Source: Oikopleura dioica (lineage: Eukaryota; Animalia; Chordata). From it: a DNA stretch of 64,000 nt. Below are positions 12,634 to 26,772 of this stretch, piece by piece. Within the stretch, counting starts at the first letter, position 1. The number at the start of each line of letters is the position of its first letter. The notes under the pieces are model-generated. The model was not told where the DNA came from. It ran no database searches and worked only from the letters and a program-made list of their open reading frames with translations. The position numbers were made by a program, and so were the translations under genes. The DNA lies in the NCBI GenBank assembly GCA_907165135.1, contig OU015568.1, positions 2,046,001-2,110,000 on the forward strand, in the 5' to 3' direction.

Positions 12634-13265
12634 GGGGGAGGTCGACGAGAATCGGGATTTCCGTGACCAAAAATGCGGAGAAACCCGATTAGATAGAAAA
12701 ATTCTGACTTTTTAGATTAAAAGAAAAGGGTTTGAAAAATTAACCGGCGAAAAGCAGAAAAAAAATTTTTTAGAAAAATTTTTCAAAAATTAGGGTTGAA
12801 GTGGGGGTGTCTCGTGACCAAAAAATCTCGAAAACCGAGTTTTTTTTTCTTCATCAAATATAATTTATAAATAGTTTAGACCCTTAAAAATTAACCGGCG
12901 GTCAAAAAATTAAGGGTTACTATCATAAAAAATTTTTTCTTATTGATTAAAAATATTCGATTTTCGTCAAAATCGACATTTTTACCCATTTTTTCATGGA
13001 AATTTCTACAAAAATCACAAAGACTCGGATTTTTCTTAAAATTATTAGTCAGAAATCATTTTAAAACAATGCCTAGTGCATACTAATCAGTTTCAGATAG
13101 TTTTTCGACGAAATCAACAACTAATAATTTTCAAGAAATTTCAAGTTCGAGACTTAAAATCGAAAATTTTACATTAAAAAGTTAACAAATCGAGAAAAAG
13201 CTAGGGACCAAAAATATAATCAGAATTTTGAAAAGACAAAAAAAATTTTCTCGACGACCTCCCCC
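12634..13265. mobile_element. Non-autonomous DNA transposon (MITE, 632 bp), TTAA TSD, GG..CC termini (Kolobok-type)
   Basis: ttaa|GGGGGAGGTCGACGAGA ... TCTCGACGACCTCCCCC|ttaa: 17-bp TIRs with one mismatch and TTAA on both sides. AT-rich non-coding interior with short internal repeats. Confidence 0.85.
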
Positions 13266-13767
13266 TTAAGGCTTCCTTTGCTTACCGGGTAAGCCTTACC
13301 CCATGACCGATTTCAAATCGGATTTTTCCATTTCAAATCGGCGATTTTTCAAGCAAAACTTTTTGAAACTCGCAAAGAAAATTTAAATTTCACTTCAAAA
13401 TATTCAAGCCCCTTACCCCTAAATACTCTCTGATACCGAATACAGTGACAGGATGGACGGAATCTATGGCTCGAATGAGAACTACGAAAATGAATTTACT
13501 GATCATTTCATCATCACGTATTTTTATTGTTGAAAACATAAGCTTTGAGAACATCAGACCCACGTGGGTAAAGCACTCGCAAGGCATCTGAGCACCGGAA
13601 TGAGTACACCACCAACACGAGGGCGCTGGCCGCGCCCCGCCACCATTTTAACTAGCAACTTCCAGAGCTCCTTTGCTTGCGGCACTTTGACGGGTGCTTC
13701 ATAAGGAGTGTACCACACGGAATCCTTATCATTCATTCTGAGAGTTAAGAAATTACTTGACTCCAGA

Positions 13768-16700
13768 ATGGTGAAAGAGATTCTCTCCTATTTCCTTGCT
13801 TTTTCTTGGGTCGGCCTGGCGCGGGCCGATTTCCAATTCATCGACTTTTGGGAAGCTTCAGACGAGTACGCGGCAGAGATATTTTCGACGCTCAATGTGG
13901 GAAGTAAGAAGTTCGCGAGTTCCTTCCAAAATCGCTACAACCGAGCCAAATTGGCCGCCAAGTTCTACCAAGACAGCGGTCCCTGTGACTCTGGCTTCAC
14001 CAACCCATCGTATGAGCCCGTAGAGATGAAGATTTTCGACCCACGAGCGGCGATGAGTACCAACTTGCGGAATTTTGCCGACATGCTCGATTCTTGGATC
14101 AACTCGTACGCTTGTCTCGCCTCAAGAGACCGTGTTGCTGGTAAGCAGATCCGAGTTCCTCAGCGATCTGTTAAAGACATTCGCAAGATGTCAAAGCGAG
14201 ACGAATTTCAGGCACTGGTGGAATTTTTTAACAAAAATCTAATATCTGAAAGTGTTTTTGAATACAAAGAGATGTAAGAATAATGAAAAAATGTCAAAAA
14301 AATTAGTAAAGATACCTTATTTTTAGCGAATCGGATTTTTTCCGAAAACAATTTTTACGATAACTTATCACAGATGCGCATCATCGCTCCACATTTTTGG
14401 GGCCGCAAAGAGGGTTTTCCACTTTCCTAGTCGCACTGGGTGTTAAAAGTTTCATGCTTTCACCTGAATCGCTCTCGGAGTGAGAAACTGCTGCTATTTC
14501 TGTTTACGCAGGATTCAATATGAAATGAGGATATCTAGGGGAAATCACTAATAATTAAGCTTTTTCTAGCTTAGTAGGGTGGGACTATAATACAGATTTA
14601 GAAATTCTAAATTAGAATCCCCAAAAGCTAGGGGTCATTTTGACTATTGATAGTGGGGGGTCAACTCGTACCCTGAGGGCATTTAGGCACCTCTGAAGTC
14701 CCAAAATCTGGCCAACTTCGGAAATTTGAATTTTTGAACGCCCAGACCGCCCCTTTAGAGCCAGCAACTATGCTAGAATTGTAGCCCAGGCTCTGACGGT
14801 CATTTTGAGATATAGAAAAGTACTGAGACCCGGGGGTTCCTGAGGAGCTAGAGGCTCTTGAAGTTCGGGAACTCGACAAAAATTGAGTACTTTTTCACAA
14901 AAAGTACACAAAGTGTTTTGACCAAAGAGAATATACTGTCATGAATAGTTTTCACCTTAACTCAAGGAAGAGGAGTTTGCGTACCACATCTCACCAACAA
15001 CGATGGACTACGATGAAGCGTTGGCTTACTGCTATCTTCGCGGAAGTTGGCTTGCAGAACCAGCTGGTGATAAAAATCGCTTCGGTGCGATGAAGAGTGC
15101 ACTCGATAATCAGTGGTATTGGTTCCACGGTGACGATTCGTGCACTGCCGTTTCTGGTACAGGCGAAGTCGTCGATGAAAATTGCAACTCACAGTTTCCG
15201 GCGGTCTGCGAAACTGGCCAATTTACTGACAAGTGCTATCCTGCTGAATACAAGTGGTGTACTGCTTGGGGAGATCCTCATTTCACGACTTTCGACGGAG
15301 AGTTTCACCATCTCCAACCTCGATGCGAATATGTCATGGCCAAAGTCGATACTGATGAATACCCAAATGTGCCAAAATTTAATATCATCGGTGATTTTGC
15401 TCCTGTTGAGCCTGGTTCATCCCTGACTTACACACAAGGCTTCACGTTTGAATTTCCTGGGCAGGATCAATCGCCGGATGAGATTCCGAGATACGTCATT
15501 TCTGTTGAAAGAGATGACCGAAGAACATCTGGCATCCGAAGAAGCATTCTTGAAGATCGTCTGACCGGCGATTCATACGATTCATCTTTCGGAAACAATG
15601 ATTTCGACTTGTATATTTCAGATACGGTTGTTGTAATAATCACTTGGTTTGAGGTCTACGTAAAATATACAGCCTCTGCAGCATGGAACGGAAGAAATTA
15701 TAAACTTCAGATCAGGGTTCCTGATTGTTACGCTCATAATATCAATGGACTTTGCGGGAACTACGACGGTGAAAAATACGTTGAATTTACATCTGGAACC
15801 TCTGGTTCTCTCACCAGGGATCTCGACAATTGGAGGACAACTCAGGAAAATCTTTACGCATGGGCTGATCAGTTTCAAGTTCCTGACGAGCTTTGCCATC
15901 GTATCTTTGACCTTAACTGTGCGGTTGATATCAATCATGCTATCACTGCTTGCCAAGCACTTGATCCTGACAATTCCGAATCTATTTTCGAGCCCTGCAG
16001 TGGCGATAAAGGCGATGCGTTCTTCAGCTGCGTTACAGAAAAATGTGATAGATCAGACGAATGCCTAGCATTTGAATCGTTCGCGAAAGAGTGCATTAAT
16101 GCTTTGGAACCAGAAGAAAGAGAACCAATCTGCGACTGGGCGAATGAACTGGGATGTTCTACAGCTTGTGGGGCTAATGCTGTTTTCGAAGGATGTGCCG
16201 ACACGTGCGCTGCAACAAGAACATGCAGAAATCGTCATCAGAGTGATTTCGAGCGATGTGGTGCAAACACTGAGATCGATAGCATGTGCGTTTGCGAACC
16301 AGGATTCATACTCGATGGAGAGGACTGTATTCCTGAAGAAAACTGCGGTTGCACAGAAAATGGCTACTACTACGCCCTCGGTTCGGTGTTTCAAAAGCCA
16401 AATCGTTGGTATCCAGAAGAGAACTGCGAATGCACAACTTCAGGAATTGTCTGTACGCCGACCCCATGTGATCAAATGCAAAAAGGACACTGCAAGATTC
16501 ACAGCGACCCTTGGATAACAACTTTCGACAAGACATATTACGCATTCCATGGCAGCTGCAGATACAATCTCGTTAAGGCTGATGATACTGAAGATCGACC
16601 TGGGTTCTCTATTGATATCAGTAACAGAGGCAGTAGCAGATGGACAAGTAGAAGTGGATCACATTCTGGAACTGTTGTGGACCAAATCTGGCTAGAAGCA

Positions 16701-19700
16701 CATTCAAGCGACTACGTATTTGGAAACCAGAAAAGATACTTCTTTCATTTCAACAATAGAGATAATTCAGCAGATTATATGCAAACAGAACTAGATATCA
16801 CCCTGGTTGATCGTTTAACTGAGCGGACGTATTTTAATACTGATTTTTCAAATGATGATATCAGCTTAGAAATCACATTGAGCGATTATGCTCATACAGC
16901 TGGATTTAATCTTCAAGTGCACTCGAATGGTCTTCAGATCAAATATAAGTACTACTATTGGTGGATGGACGTATATGTTCCAAGTTGCTACAAGGAGTCA
17001 GTTTCAGGTCTCTGCGGTGATTGGGACGGCAACTCTGATTTTTCGTTGTCTCGAGACTACCAAAACGATCCAGACGAGTTTGGCGAACGATTCATGACTG
17101 CACGAATTTCTGACGAATGTACCCACGGTCGATTTTTCGAGCCTTGTGAAGATTTAGAGCCGGCGGAATTCACTGCAGCGATTGAGAGATGTGATTCTCT
17201 TGAAGATGGAACAGATCAAGCCGAGGTTTTCAGAACATGTGACTTCGTCAGCGATAAGCAGGGATACTTCGATCGTTGTCTCTGGAATAGCTGTCTCGAC
17301 CTTGCTTGTGGATCTATCCAGAATTTTGCTGAAGAATGTCTTCTCAGAAAAACGGAAGGCACTGCAGATTTCAATGAAATTTGTAACTGGCCTCAAGTGA
17401 CGAGCTGCACCGAAGAATGCTCAGGAGGACAAGTTTTCAAGGGATGTACAAATTCTTGCAAGGAAGCAAGAACATGCGATGATGTTGTCAACGGAGTCTC
17501 AGATGCTGATCGCTGTGGATCAGAACGTTCAATCTATCCTATGTGCGGTTGTCCTGATGGACAAGTCATGCACAATGGAGAGTGCATCAACGAAGAAGCT
17601 TGTCCTCGTGATTGCGTTTCAACAGGAACAAGCTATTGCACAGCATATGGTGATCCTCACTATAGAATGTTCGACGGCGATACCCACCATTTCCAGGGTG
17701 CTTGCAAATATAGGCTTGTTAAATCATCCGGCGACGACGAGTTTAGAAACATGCCAGCATTTAATATTGATGTTGATCAAAGACGATGCGGAGCCGATAG
17801 TAACGCAGTTTCCTGCGTACAAGGAATGACGTTTGAGTTCCCTGGAAAGAATCAATTCCGATCTGAGACTCCAAGATACTTTTTTACAGTTGATCGGTTC
17901 TCTTACATTTTTGAAGATCGCCATACTGGACAGTCTTACGAAAATGGTTTCGTTAATGATGACGTCACCTTTGAAAAAAGAGGGTCTACTGCTTATGTGC
18001 GAACATGGTTCGAGGCAGAAACTTCCTACACTCCCTATAGCAGGTGGGCAACGCTACGTGTGACTCTACCAGATTGCTACATGAACCACGTTGATGGTCT
18101 CTGTGGAAATTGGAATAATCAAACGTTCGATGAGTTCAATGAGAGTGCAGGTATATGGAAGAGTGAGGGTCAATGGCGAGTTCATCAAGAAGAGCTCGTG
18201 GAATGGGCAAACGATTTTGCGGAGCCTGATCCAAGATGCCGAGAAATTCATGATTTTGAATGCGATGACATCGATGAGGTAACAGATCTCTGCGCTGAAC
18301 TTGACAAAAACATTCCTGGTGGCGTTTTCCATGAATGCACCGCTCCTCGAGATGCTGCTTATATGTCCTGTATGATTGACACCTGCATCTCACGTGATGC
18401 ACGATGCAGTACGCTTCAAAATTATGCAAGAGAATGCTTGAACACGATTCCCTTTCACCTACGACCAAATATCTGCTCATGGGCATCTGACACAGGTTGT
18501 GAGCTTGAATGCGGAGACAACAGTAGCTTCCTTGGCTGCGCAAACACATGTGATGCCCAGCGAACATGCAGAAACCGTCATTTGTCAAGCGAAGAACGAT
18601 GTGGATCATCCGTGGACAATATTGAAAGCATGTGCGCTTGTGATCCTGGCTATATTCTTGACGACGGAGGATGCGTCTTGGAAGAAAACTGCGGATGCAC
18701 TTGGGACTACAATAATCAATACTACCCACAAGGCACAACCTTTTCAAACAACGATGAAACTTGTGAATGCACAACTTCAGGAGTTGTGTGCACGCCAATT
18801 CCATGTGATCGAATGCAGAGGGGACATTGTGAAGTTATGAGCGATCCTTGGATTACAACTTTCGACAATACATATTATGCATTCCATGGCAGCTGCAGAT
18901 ACAATCTCGTTAAGGCTGATGATACTGAAGATCGAGCTGGGTTTTCTATTGATATCAGTAACAGAGGCAGTAGCAGATGGACAGATAGAAGTGGATCACA
19001 CTCTGGAACTGTTGTGGACCAAATCTGGCTAGAAGCACATTCTAGCGACTACGTATTTGGAAACCAGAAGAGATACTCCTTTCATTTCAACAATAGAGAT
19101 AACTCAGCGAATTACATGCAAACAGCACTAGATATCACCCTGGTAGATCGTTTAACTGGGCAGACTTATTTCAACACCGATTTTTCAAATGATGATATCA
19201 GCTTAAAAATAACGGTGAGCAATAATGCTCATACAGCCGGATTCAATCTCCAAGTGCACTCGAATGGTCTTGAAATCAACTATAAATATTACTATTGGTG
19301 GATGGATGTATATATTTCAAGATGCTACAAGGATTCAGTTTCTGGCCTCTGCGGTGATTGGGACGGCAATTCTGATATTTTGATGTCTCGAGACTACGAA
19401 AACGATCCAGACGAATTCGGCGAACGATTCATGACTGCACGAATTTCTGACGAATGTACCCACGGTCGATTTTTCGAGCCTTGTGAAGATTTAGAGCCGG
19501 CGGAATTCACTGCAGCTATTGAGAGATGTGATTCTCTTGAAGATGGAACAGATCAAGCCGATGTGTTCAGAACATGTGACTTCGTCAGCGATAAGCAGGG
19601 ATACTACGATCGTTGTCTCTGGAATAGCTGTCTTGACCTTGCTTGTGGATCTATCCAGAATTTTGCTGAAGAATGTCTTCTCAGAAAAACGGAAGGCACT

Positions 19701-22700
19701 GCAGATTTTAATGAAATTTGTAACTGGCCCCAAGTGACAAGCTGCACTGAAGAATGCTCAGGAGGACAAGTTTTCAAGGGATGCACAAATTCTTGTAAGG
19801 AAGAGAGAACATGCGATGATGTTGTCAACGGAATCTCAGATGTTGATCGCTGTGGATCGGAACGTTCTATCTATCCTATGTGCGGTTGTCCTGATGGACA
19901 AGTCATGCATAATGGAGAATGCATCAACGAAGAGGCTTGTCCTCGTGATTGTGTTTCAACAGGAACAAGCTATTGCACAGCATATGGTGATCCTCACTAC
20001 AGGATGTTCGACGGCGATACCCACCATTTCCAGGGTGCTTGCAAATATAGGCTTGTTAAATCATCCGGCGACGACGAGTTTAGAAACATGCCAGCATTTA
20101 ATATTGATGTTGATCAAAGACGATGCGGAGATGATAGTAACGCAGTTTCCTGCGTACAAGGAATGACGTTTGAGTTCCCGGGAAGGAACCAACTCCGATC
20201 TGAGACCCCAAGATATTTTTTTACAGTTGATGGTTCCTCTTTCCTTTTTGAAGATCGCCAAACAGGACAGTCTTACGAAAATGGTTTCGTTAATGATGAC
20301 GTCACCTTTGAAAAAAGAGGGTCTACTGCTTATGTACGAACATGGTTCGAGGCAGAAACTTCCTACACTCCCTATAGCAGGTGGGCAACGCTACGTGTGA
20401 CTCTTCCGGATTGCTACATGAACCACGTTGATGGTCTCTGTGGAAATTGGAATAATCAATCGTTCGATGAGTTCAATGAGAGTGCAGGTATATGGAAGAG
20501 TGAGGGTCAATGGCGAGTTCATCAAGAAGAGCTCGTTGAATGGGCAAACGATTTTGCGGAGCCTGATCCAAGATGCCGAGAAATTCATGATTTTGAATGC
20601 GATGACATCGATGAGGTAACAGATCTCTGCGCAGAACTTGACAAGAACATTCCTGGTGGCGTTTTCCATGAATGTACCGCTCCTCGAGATGCTGCTTATA
20701 TGTCCTGCATGATTGACACCTGCATCTCACGTGATGCACGATGCAATACGCTTCAAAATTATGCAAGAGAATGCTTGAACACGATTCCGTCTCACCTTCG
20801 ACCAAATATCTGCTCATGGGCATCTGACACAGGTTGTGAGCGTGAATGTGGAGACAACAGCAGTTTCCTTGGCTGCGCAAACACATGTGATGCCCAGCGA
20901 ACGTGCAGAAACCGTCATTTGTCAAGCGAAGAACGATGTGGATCATCCGTTGACAATATTGAAAGCATGTGCGCTTGTAATCCTGGCTATATTCTTGACG
21001 ACGGAGGATGCGTCTTGGAAGAAAACTGCGGATGCACTTGGGACTACAACAATCAGTACTACCCACAAGGCAGAACCTTCTCAAATAACGATGAAACTTG
21101 TGAATGCACAACTTCAGGAGTTGTGTGCACGCCAATTCCATGTGATCGAATGCAGAAGGGACATTGTGAAGTTATGAGCGATCCTTGGATAACAACTTTC
21201 GACGATACATATTATGCTTTCCATGGCAGCTGCAGATACAATCTCGTTAAGGCTGATGATACTGAAGATCGACCTGGTTTTTCTATTGATATCAGTAACA
21301 GAGGCAGTAGCAGATGGACAGATAGAAGTGGATCACATTCTGGAACTGTTGTGGACCAAATCTGGCTAGAAGCACATTCAAGCGACTACGTATTTGGAAA
21401 CCAGAAGAGATACTCCTTTCATTTCAACAATAGAGATAACTCAGCGAATTACATGCAAACAGCACTAGACATCACCCTGGTAGATCGTTTAACTGGGCAG
21501 ACGTACTTCAACACCGATTTTTCAAATGATGATATCAGCTTAAAAATAACGGTGAGCAATAATGCTCATACAGCCGGATTCAATCTCCAAGTGCACTCGA
21601 ATGGTCTTGAAATCAACTATAAATATTACTATTGGTGGATGGATGTATATATTTCAAGTTGCTACAAGGATTCAGTTTCTGGCCTCTGCGGTGATTGGGA
21701 CGGCAATTCTGATATTTTGATGTCTCGAGATTACCAAAACGATCCAGACGAATTCGGCGAACGATTCATGACTGCACGAATTTCTGACGAATGTACCCAC
21801 GGTCGATTTTTCGAGCCTTGTGAAGATTTAGAGCCGGCGGAATTCACTGCAGCAATTGAGCGATGCGATTCTCTTGAAGATGGAACAGATCAAGCCGAGG
21901 TTTTCAGAACATGTGACTTCGTCAGCGATAAGCAGGGATACTACGATCGCTGTCTCTGGAATAGCTGTCTCGACCTTGCTTGTGGATCTATCCAGAATTT
22001 TGCTGAAGAATGTCTTCTCAGAAAAACGGAAGGCACTGCAGATTTTAATGAAATTTGTAACTGGCCACAAGTGACAAGTTGCACTGAAGAGTGTTCAGGA
22101 GGACAGATTTTCAAGGGATGCACAAATTCTTGCAAGGAAGAGAGAACATGCGATGATGTTGTCAACGGAATCTCAGATGCTGATCGCTGTGGATCAGAAC
22201 GTTCTATCTATCCTATGTGCGGTTGTCCTGATGGACAAGTCATGCATAATGGAGAATGCATCAACGAAGAGTCTTGTCCTCGTGATTGCGTTTCGACGGG
22301 AACTGGCTCTTGCAAAGCATCTGGTGATCCTCACTACACAATGTTCGACGGCGACACCCACCATTTCCAGGGCTCATGCAAATACAGCTTCGTAAAATCA
22401 TCCGGGGACGAAGACTTTAGAAACATGCCAGCATTTAATATTGATGTTGATCAAAGACGATGCGGAGAAGACAGTCGGGCGGTTTCCTGTATTTATGGAA
22501 TGACATTCGAATTTCCTGGAGAGAACCAGCATCGATCTGAAACTCCAAGATATTTTTTGACAATTGATGGTTTTTCTTTTGTATTCGAAGATCGCCAAAC
22601 TGGGGAGTCTTACGAAAATGGCTTTTCTAATGATGATGTAACATTTGAAAAAATTGGTCGTTCTGCAAAAGTTAGAACATGGTTTGAAGCAGAAACTCTC

Positions 22701-25700
22701 TACACCCCATATCATCAATCCTACTGGGGAATATATGCGACTCTTGAAGTGACACTACCAAATTGCTATATGAATCACGTGGATGGTCTCTGCGGCAATT
22801 GGAATGGAGAACAATTCGATCAATTCCACCGAATTGGAGGTGATTGGCTTGGAGCTTCATGGCGCGCTCATCAAGAGGAGCTTGTTGAATGGGCAAATGA
22901 CTTCGCTGAGCCTGATCCAAGATGTCGGGAAGTTCACGATTTCGAGTGCGATGATATCGAAGAAGTCACAGATCTATGCCATGAGCTAGATAAAAACATT
23001 CCTGGTGGTGTTTTCCATGAGTGCACAGCTCCAAAGGATGCTGCTTACCTGTCTTGTCTCATTGACACATGCATCTCACGTGATGCACGATGCAATACCC
23101 TTCAAAATTATGCAAGAGAATGCTTGAACACGATTCCATCTCACCTTCGACCAAATATCTGCTCATGGGCATCTGACACGGGCTGTGAACTTGAATGCGG
23201 AGACAACAGTAGCTTCCTTGGCTGCGCAAACACATGTGATGCCCAGCGAACGTGCAGAAACCGTCATTTGTCAAGCGAAGAACGATGTGGATCATCCGTT
23301 GGCAATATTGAAAGCATGTGCGCTTGTGATCCTGGCTATATTCTTGACGACGGAGGATGCGTCTTGGAAGAAAACTGCGGATGCACTTGGGACTTCAATA
23401 ATCAGTACTACCCACAAGGCAGGACCTTCTCAAACAACGATGAGACTTGTGAATGCACAGCTGACGGCATAGTCTGTGCACCGATTCCTTGCGAAAACCG
23501 ACCAACAGCGTATTGCAGATCCCATAATGATCCGTTCATTTACACCTTTGATGAGTACGAGTATTTCTTCCATGGCATCTGTCGATACAACCTTGCAAGC
23601 GCCCCTGATACAGTAGAATTGCCTGGATTCAATGTCGATTCCAAAAACAGAAAAACATTCTACGGTGCATCGTCTGGTACCGTTACTGATCAGCTTTGGT
23701 TCGATTTCCATGGAGCTGACTACGTTTTTGGCGATTCAAAACGATACTCTCTAACAATTAAAAATTTGGATACATCAATTTACTGGACAAATGCTCATTT
23801 CGAAATCACCCTTACTGACCATCGTACAGGAGAAAATATTATCGATAGAATTTCTTCTTCGACTCGAAATTCTTTCACGTCGTCTGACTATGAAATTACT
23901 GTGAAACAGACGCGTTGGAATTCGAATATTTTTTATGACACTGTCGAAATTCGAATAGCTAATGGAGTTTCAGTTGAGTTCAGCACTAAATCTTTCTCTG
24001 CTTATGTCCGTGTCAACAGCTGCTTCAAGAACATAATGACCGGTCTTTGCGGAAATTACAACGATAATAACTCCGATGAACGTCTTTTGTCAACTGAATA
24101 TGACGACGATAGTAACGCCGTAGGAGAACGATTCCGAACTGACAGCGATGAAACCTGCTCACACGGAGAACTTCTCAAGCCCTGCGAAGATCTTCTCGAA
24201 GAATCTGATCAAGCTGCTGTCGATGCTGCTGAAGATCGATGTGACATTGTGAACCCAAGGCCGAACGATTATTTAAACAGAGGCTTTTTCAATGGATGCG
24301 AGTTCCTTGGAAGTAGAATGCCAACTTATGAAGCTTGCCTCTTCCATAGTTGTCTGGATCCTGAAATGCACTGCGGAATCATTGAAGACTATGCATCTCA
24401 ATGCCTGGCAAGAAAAGTTGCTGGGACAGCTGACTACCAAAGAATTTGCGAGTGGGCTTCTGTCACTGGCTGTGCTCAAGAATGTCCAGCATTAGAGGTA
24501 ATGATAGTCACTTTAGGCTTTTTAGAAGTTAAAAAAATATGATTTGAAATCATTGATTTCGTTAATATGTTTTATTTCAGAGCGGTCTTGGAGAAAGCCC
24601 AATAAGAGCAGAAGATCCTTACAAGATTAGTCTCGAGGTCTTCTGCACTGGTGAACGAGCTGATGCAATGACAGGAATGGCCTCGTATTTGCGACAAGAT
24701 GGAAGCCAAAAGAATGGTTACTACTTCGGTGTTGGTGGAGTCAACAATAAACTACAAATTTTCGTCTGGATGTAAGTCATATTTGAAATTCATTATTTAA
24801 CACAAAATCAAGGGAGAATCCAGATTTCGAAAAAGAAACTGGTTGGGAGCTTCTTACAGACTTCGGCGATGATTGGTGGGAGTTAACACGAAACCCAACA
24901 TACCTCTTCCTTTGCGAAGCAGACTCCTGGAATTCCATTGTTTTGACACAAGAATACGAGCAATCTCAGAAAAAGTGGGTGAAAACGCTGAACATCAATG
25001 GCGTTGACCGATACAGAATAACAACCGATCTTCCAAATCAAGGCACACTTACTGGTTACAGTACCATTCTCGGTCGAGAAGAAAGAAGCGATCTTATGAG
25101 AAACCTGAAGATCGAGAGGCTCTCAAAGAAAGAAATCACCGCTCATGTTTTCAAGGGCTGTACAAACGCATGCTTCGAGCAGCAGACATGCGAAGATGTA
25201 GCCAGAGGAATCAGCAGAGAACAGCGTTGCGCTGCTACTGCCAACAGAGTAGAAGGCATGTGTGGATGTCCTGATGGGTTCTTGTTTGAAGATGGAGTCT
25301 GCGTTGCGGAAAGCTCATGCGGATGCATCAACAACGACGGAAACTATGTTGAGCTTGGCACAGTTGAAGGAGGATGCACTTGTACTTCGACTGGATACGA
25401 ATGCGAACCAGAACCATGCCCATGTGAAGAGTTTGATTCATGCATCGACTTTATTTGCGAAGATGCCCAGTCATTTTTCGTTCCCGAGGATGGAATAATC
25501 GGAGAATTCACTGCCACTCGAAACTTTGAGCTTAGCTATGAATTCAACTGTGGAGCTATGGAAGCAAATTCTACTTACGTTGGGCCCCATATTTATGCTA
25601 CAGGGGAGTTCCCAAGATCATTCAATGAAGGAGATGATCCGACAAAGCCTACCGAGGAGAAGAGAAAAAAGAAAAGAAAAGCAAGGTTCGCTGGATCACC

Positions 25701-26772
25701 ACAATATTGGTATATTGGCTGGACTGATGCAATCGAAGAAGACTCATTAATTTCGTCAACTGTGTAAGTAAAGCTAGAATAAATTGATAATTCCATTATC
25801 ACTTTGACAACAAAAAATATAAGTTAAAATTATATTTAAGATTTGATGGAGGTAAAACCTATCATGGGTTTGCTTTTTTCTTCGATCTCGGATATTGCGA
25901 CGAAGAAAATTTCAATACAATGAAGTATACTCAGAATTTCGATGAAGAAGATGGGACATACACACAAAATTTTTATTTCAACGGAGAGTTAAAAGAAACA
26001 AAAGTGTATTCCGAAAACGAATTTACCCCGTATGAAGGAGATCTCACTGTTTCGCTTCTTCCTCGAGGCTACGACTATTTCCAGCGTTGGCCTGGCACCA
26101 TCAAGAATTTCTATATTCGTGAGACCAATCCGGTATGTTAAAGATTGTTAGAGGAAATTTCGAGATGCTAATAATCTATTTAAGAATCGAATTGTTCTTG
26201 TCAACAATGAACCAATTGCTCCAGCAGAAGACACAATGATCGCAACACTGACTTCATCTGCCTATTACACAGCAGAAATGGAGATTTTCTGCGCTACTGA
26301 CAGTTTGCCACTCGACGGGGGCTTGTTCGGCTACAAGTCTATCTTGGCCGTTACATCTGGAACTGATTACGGTGAACTTGGAAGTCGAGTCTTCACAGTG
26401 TGGAGAAACTCGGGCAACAACCTTCTTTGGTTCGCAAATCCGATCGGAAAATCAAGAGATCATATTGCGACGCCTGCGTGTGACGCCGGTCAATATAACC
26501 ATTGGAAACTCGTCGTCAGAGCTGATGATACAGATGCTTCAATTACTGTGGCCGAACTTTTCAAAGACGGTGTTCTTATTGCGACCAAAACCGGTCCAAA
26601 GGTTGATTTTAATTTAGATTCAATAGATTAAAATTATTTCTAGAGTGACACAATCGGCGATGGAGAAGAACTTCAGGTTTGGGCTGGTAACGGATGGCCT
26701 GACTTCCCCAGAAGCGGCTATGGTATTGGATCTACGTACCTGATCAAGAATGTCATTTTCAACAGACAATGA
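13768..26772 (+). CDS. Giant secreted protein (~4000 aa): signal + N-terminal domain + C-type lectin-like + 8 VWD-C8-TIL units + 3 LamG-like domains (FCGBP/zonadhesin/mucin-like; candidate house or mucus structural protein)
   Basis: The 3179-aa ORF 15003-24542 has alternating GDPH and SDPW/NDPF VWD starts, C8 and TIL Cys patterns. The signal exon at 13768 (MVKEILSYFLAFSWVGLARA) links in frame via the donor at 14274 and the exon at about 14327-14413 to the exon starting near 14967. Downstream exons end ...KNVIFNRQ-stop at 26772. The 5' linkage is less certain than the core. Confidence 0.85.
16440..23450 (+). repeat. Intragenic tandem repeat, unit 2337 nt (779 aa), about 3 highly similar copies
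   Basis: GGTGATCCTCAC occurs at 17649, 19986 and 22323 (exact 2337 spacing). Spurious overlapping ORFs also repeat at 2337 offsets (17154/19491/21828). Confidence 0.97.

Noticed and set aside
14520-14950. Compositionally distinct, repeat-like stretch in the intron before the giant exon
   Set aside because: I could not find TIRs, a TSD or a second copy in the window.
16440-23450. Possible CRISPR-like or satellite array
   Set aside because: The repeats are 2.3-kb in-frame coding duplications in a eukaryotic gene, with no repeat-spacer structure.
15097-24495. Dozens of short overlapping ORFs that recur every 2337 nt
   Set aside because: They are shadow frames of the VWD repeat CDS.
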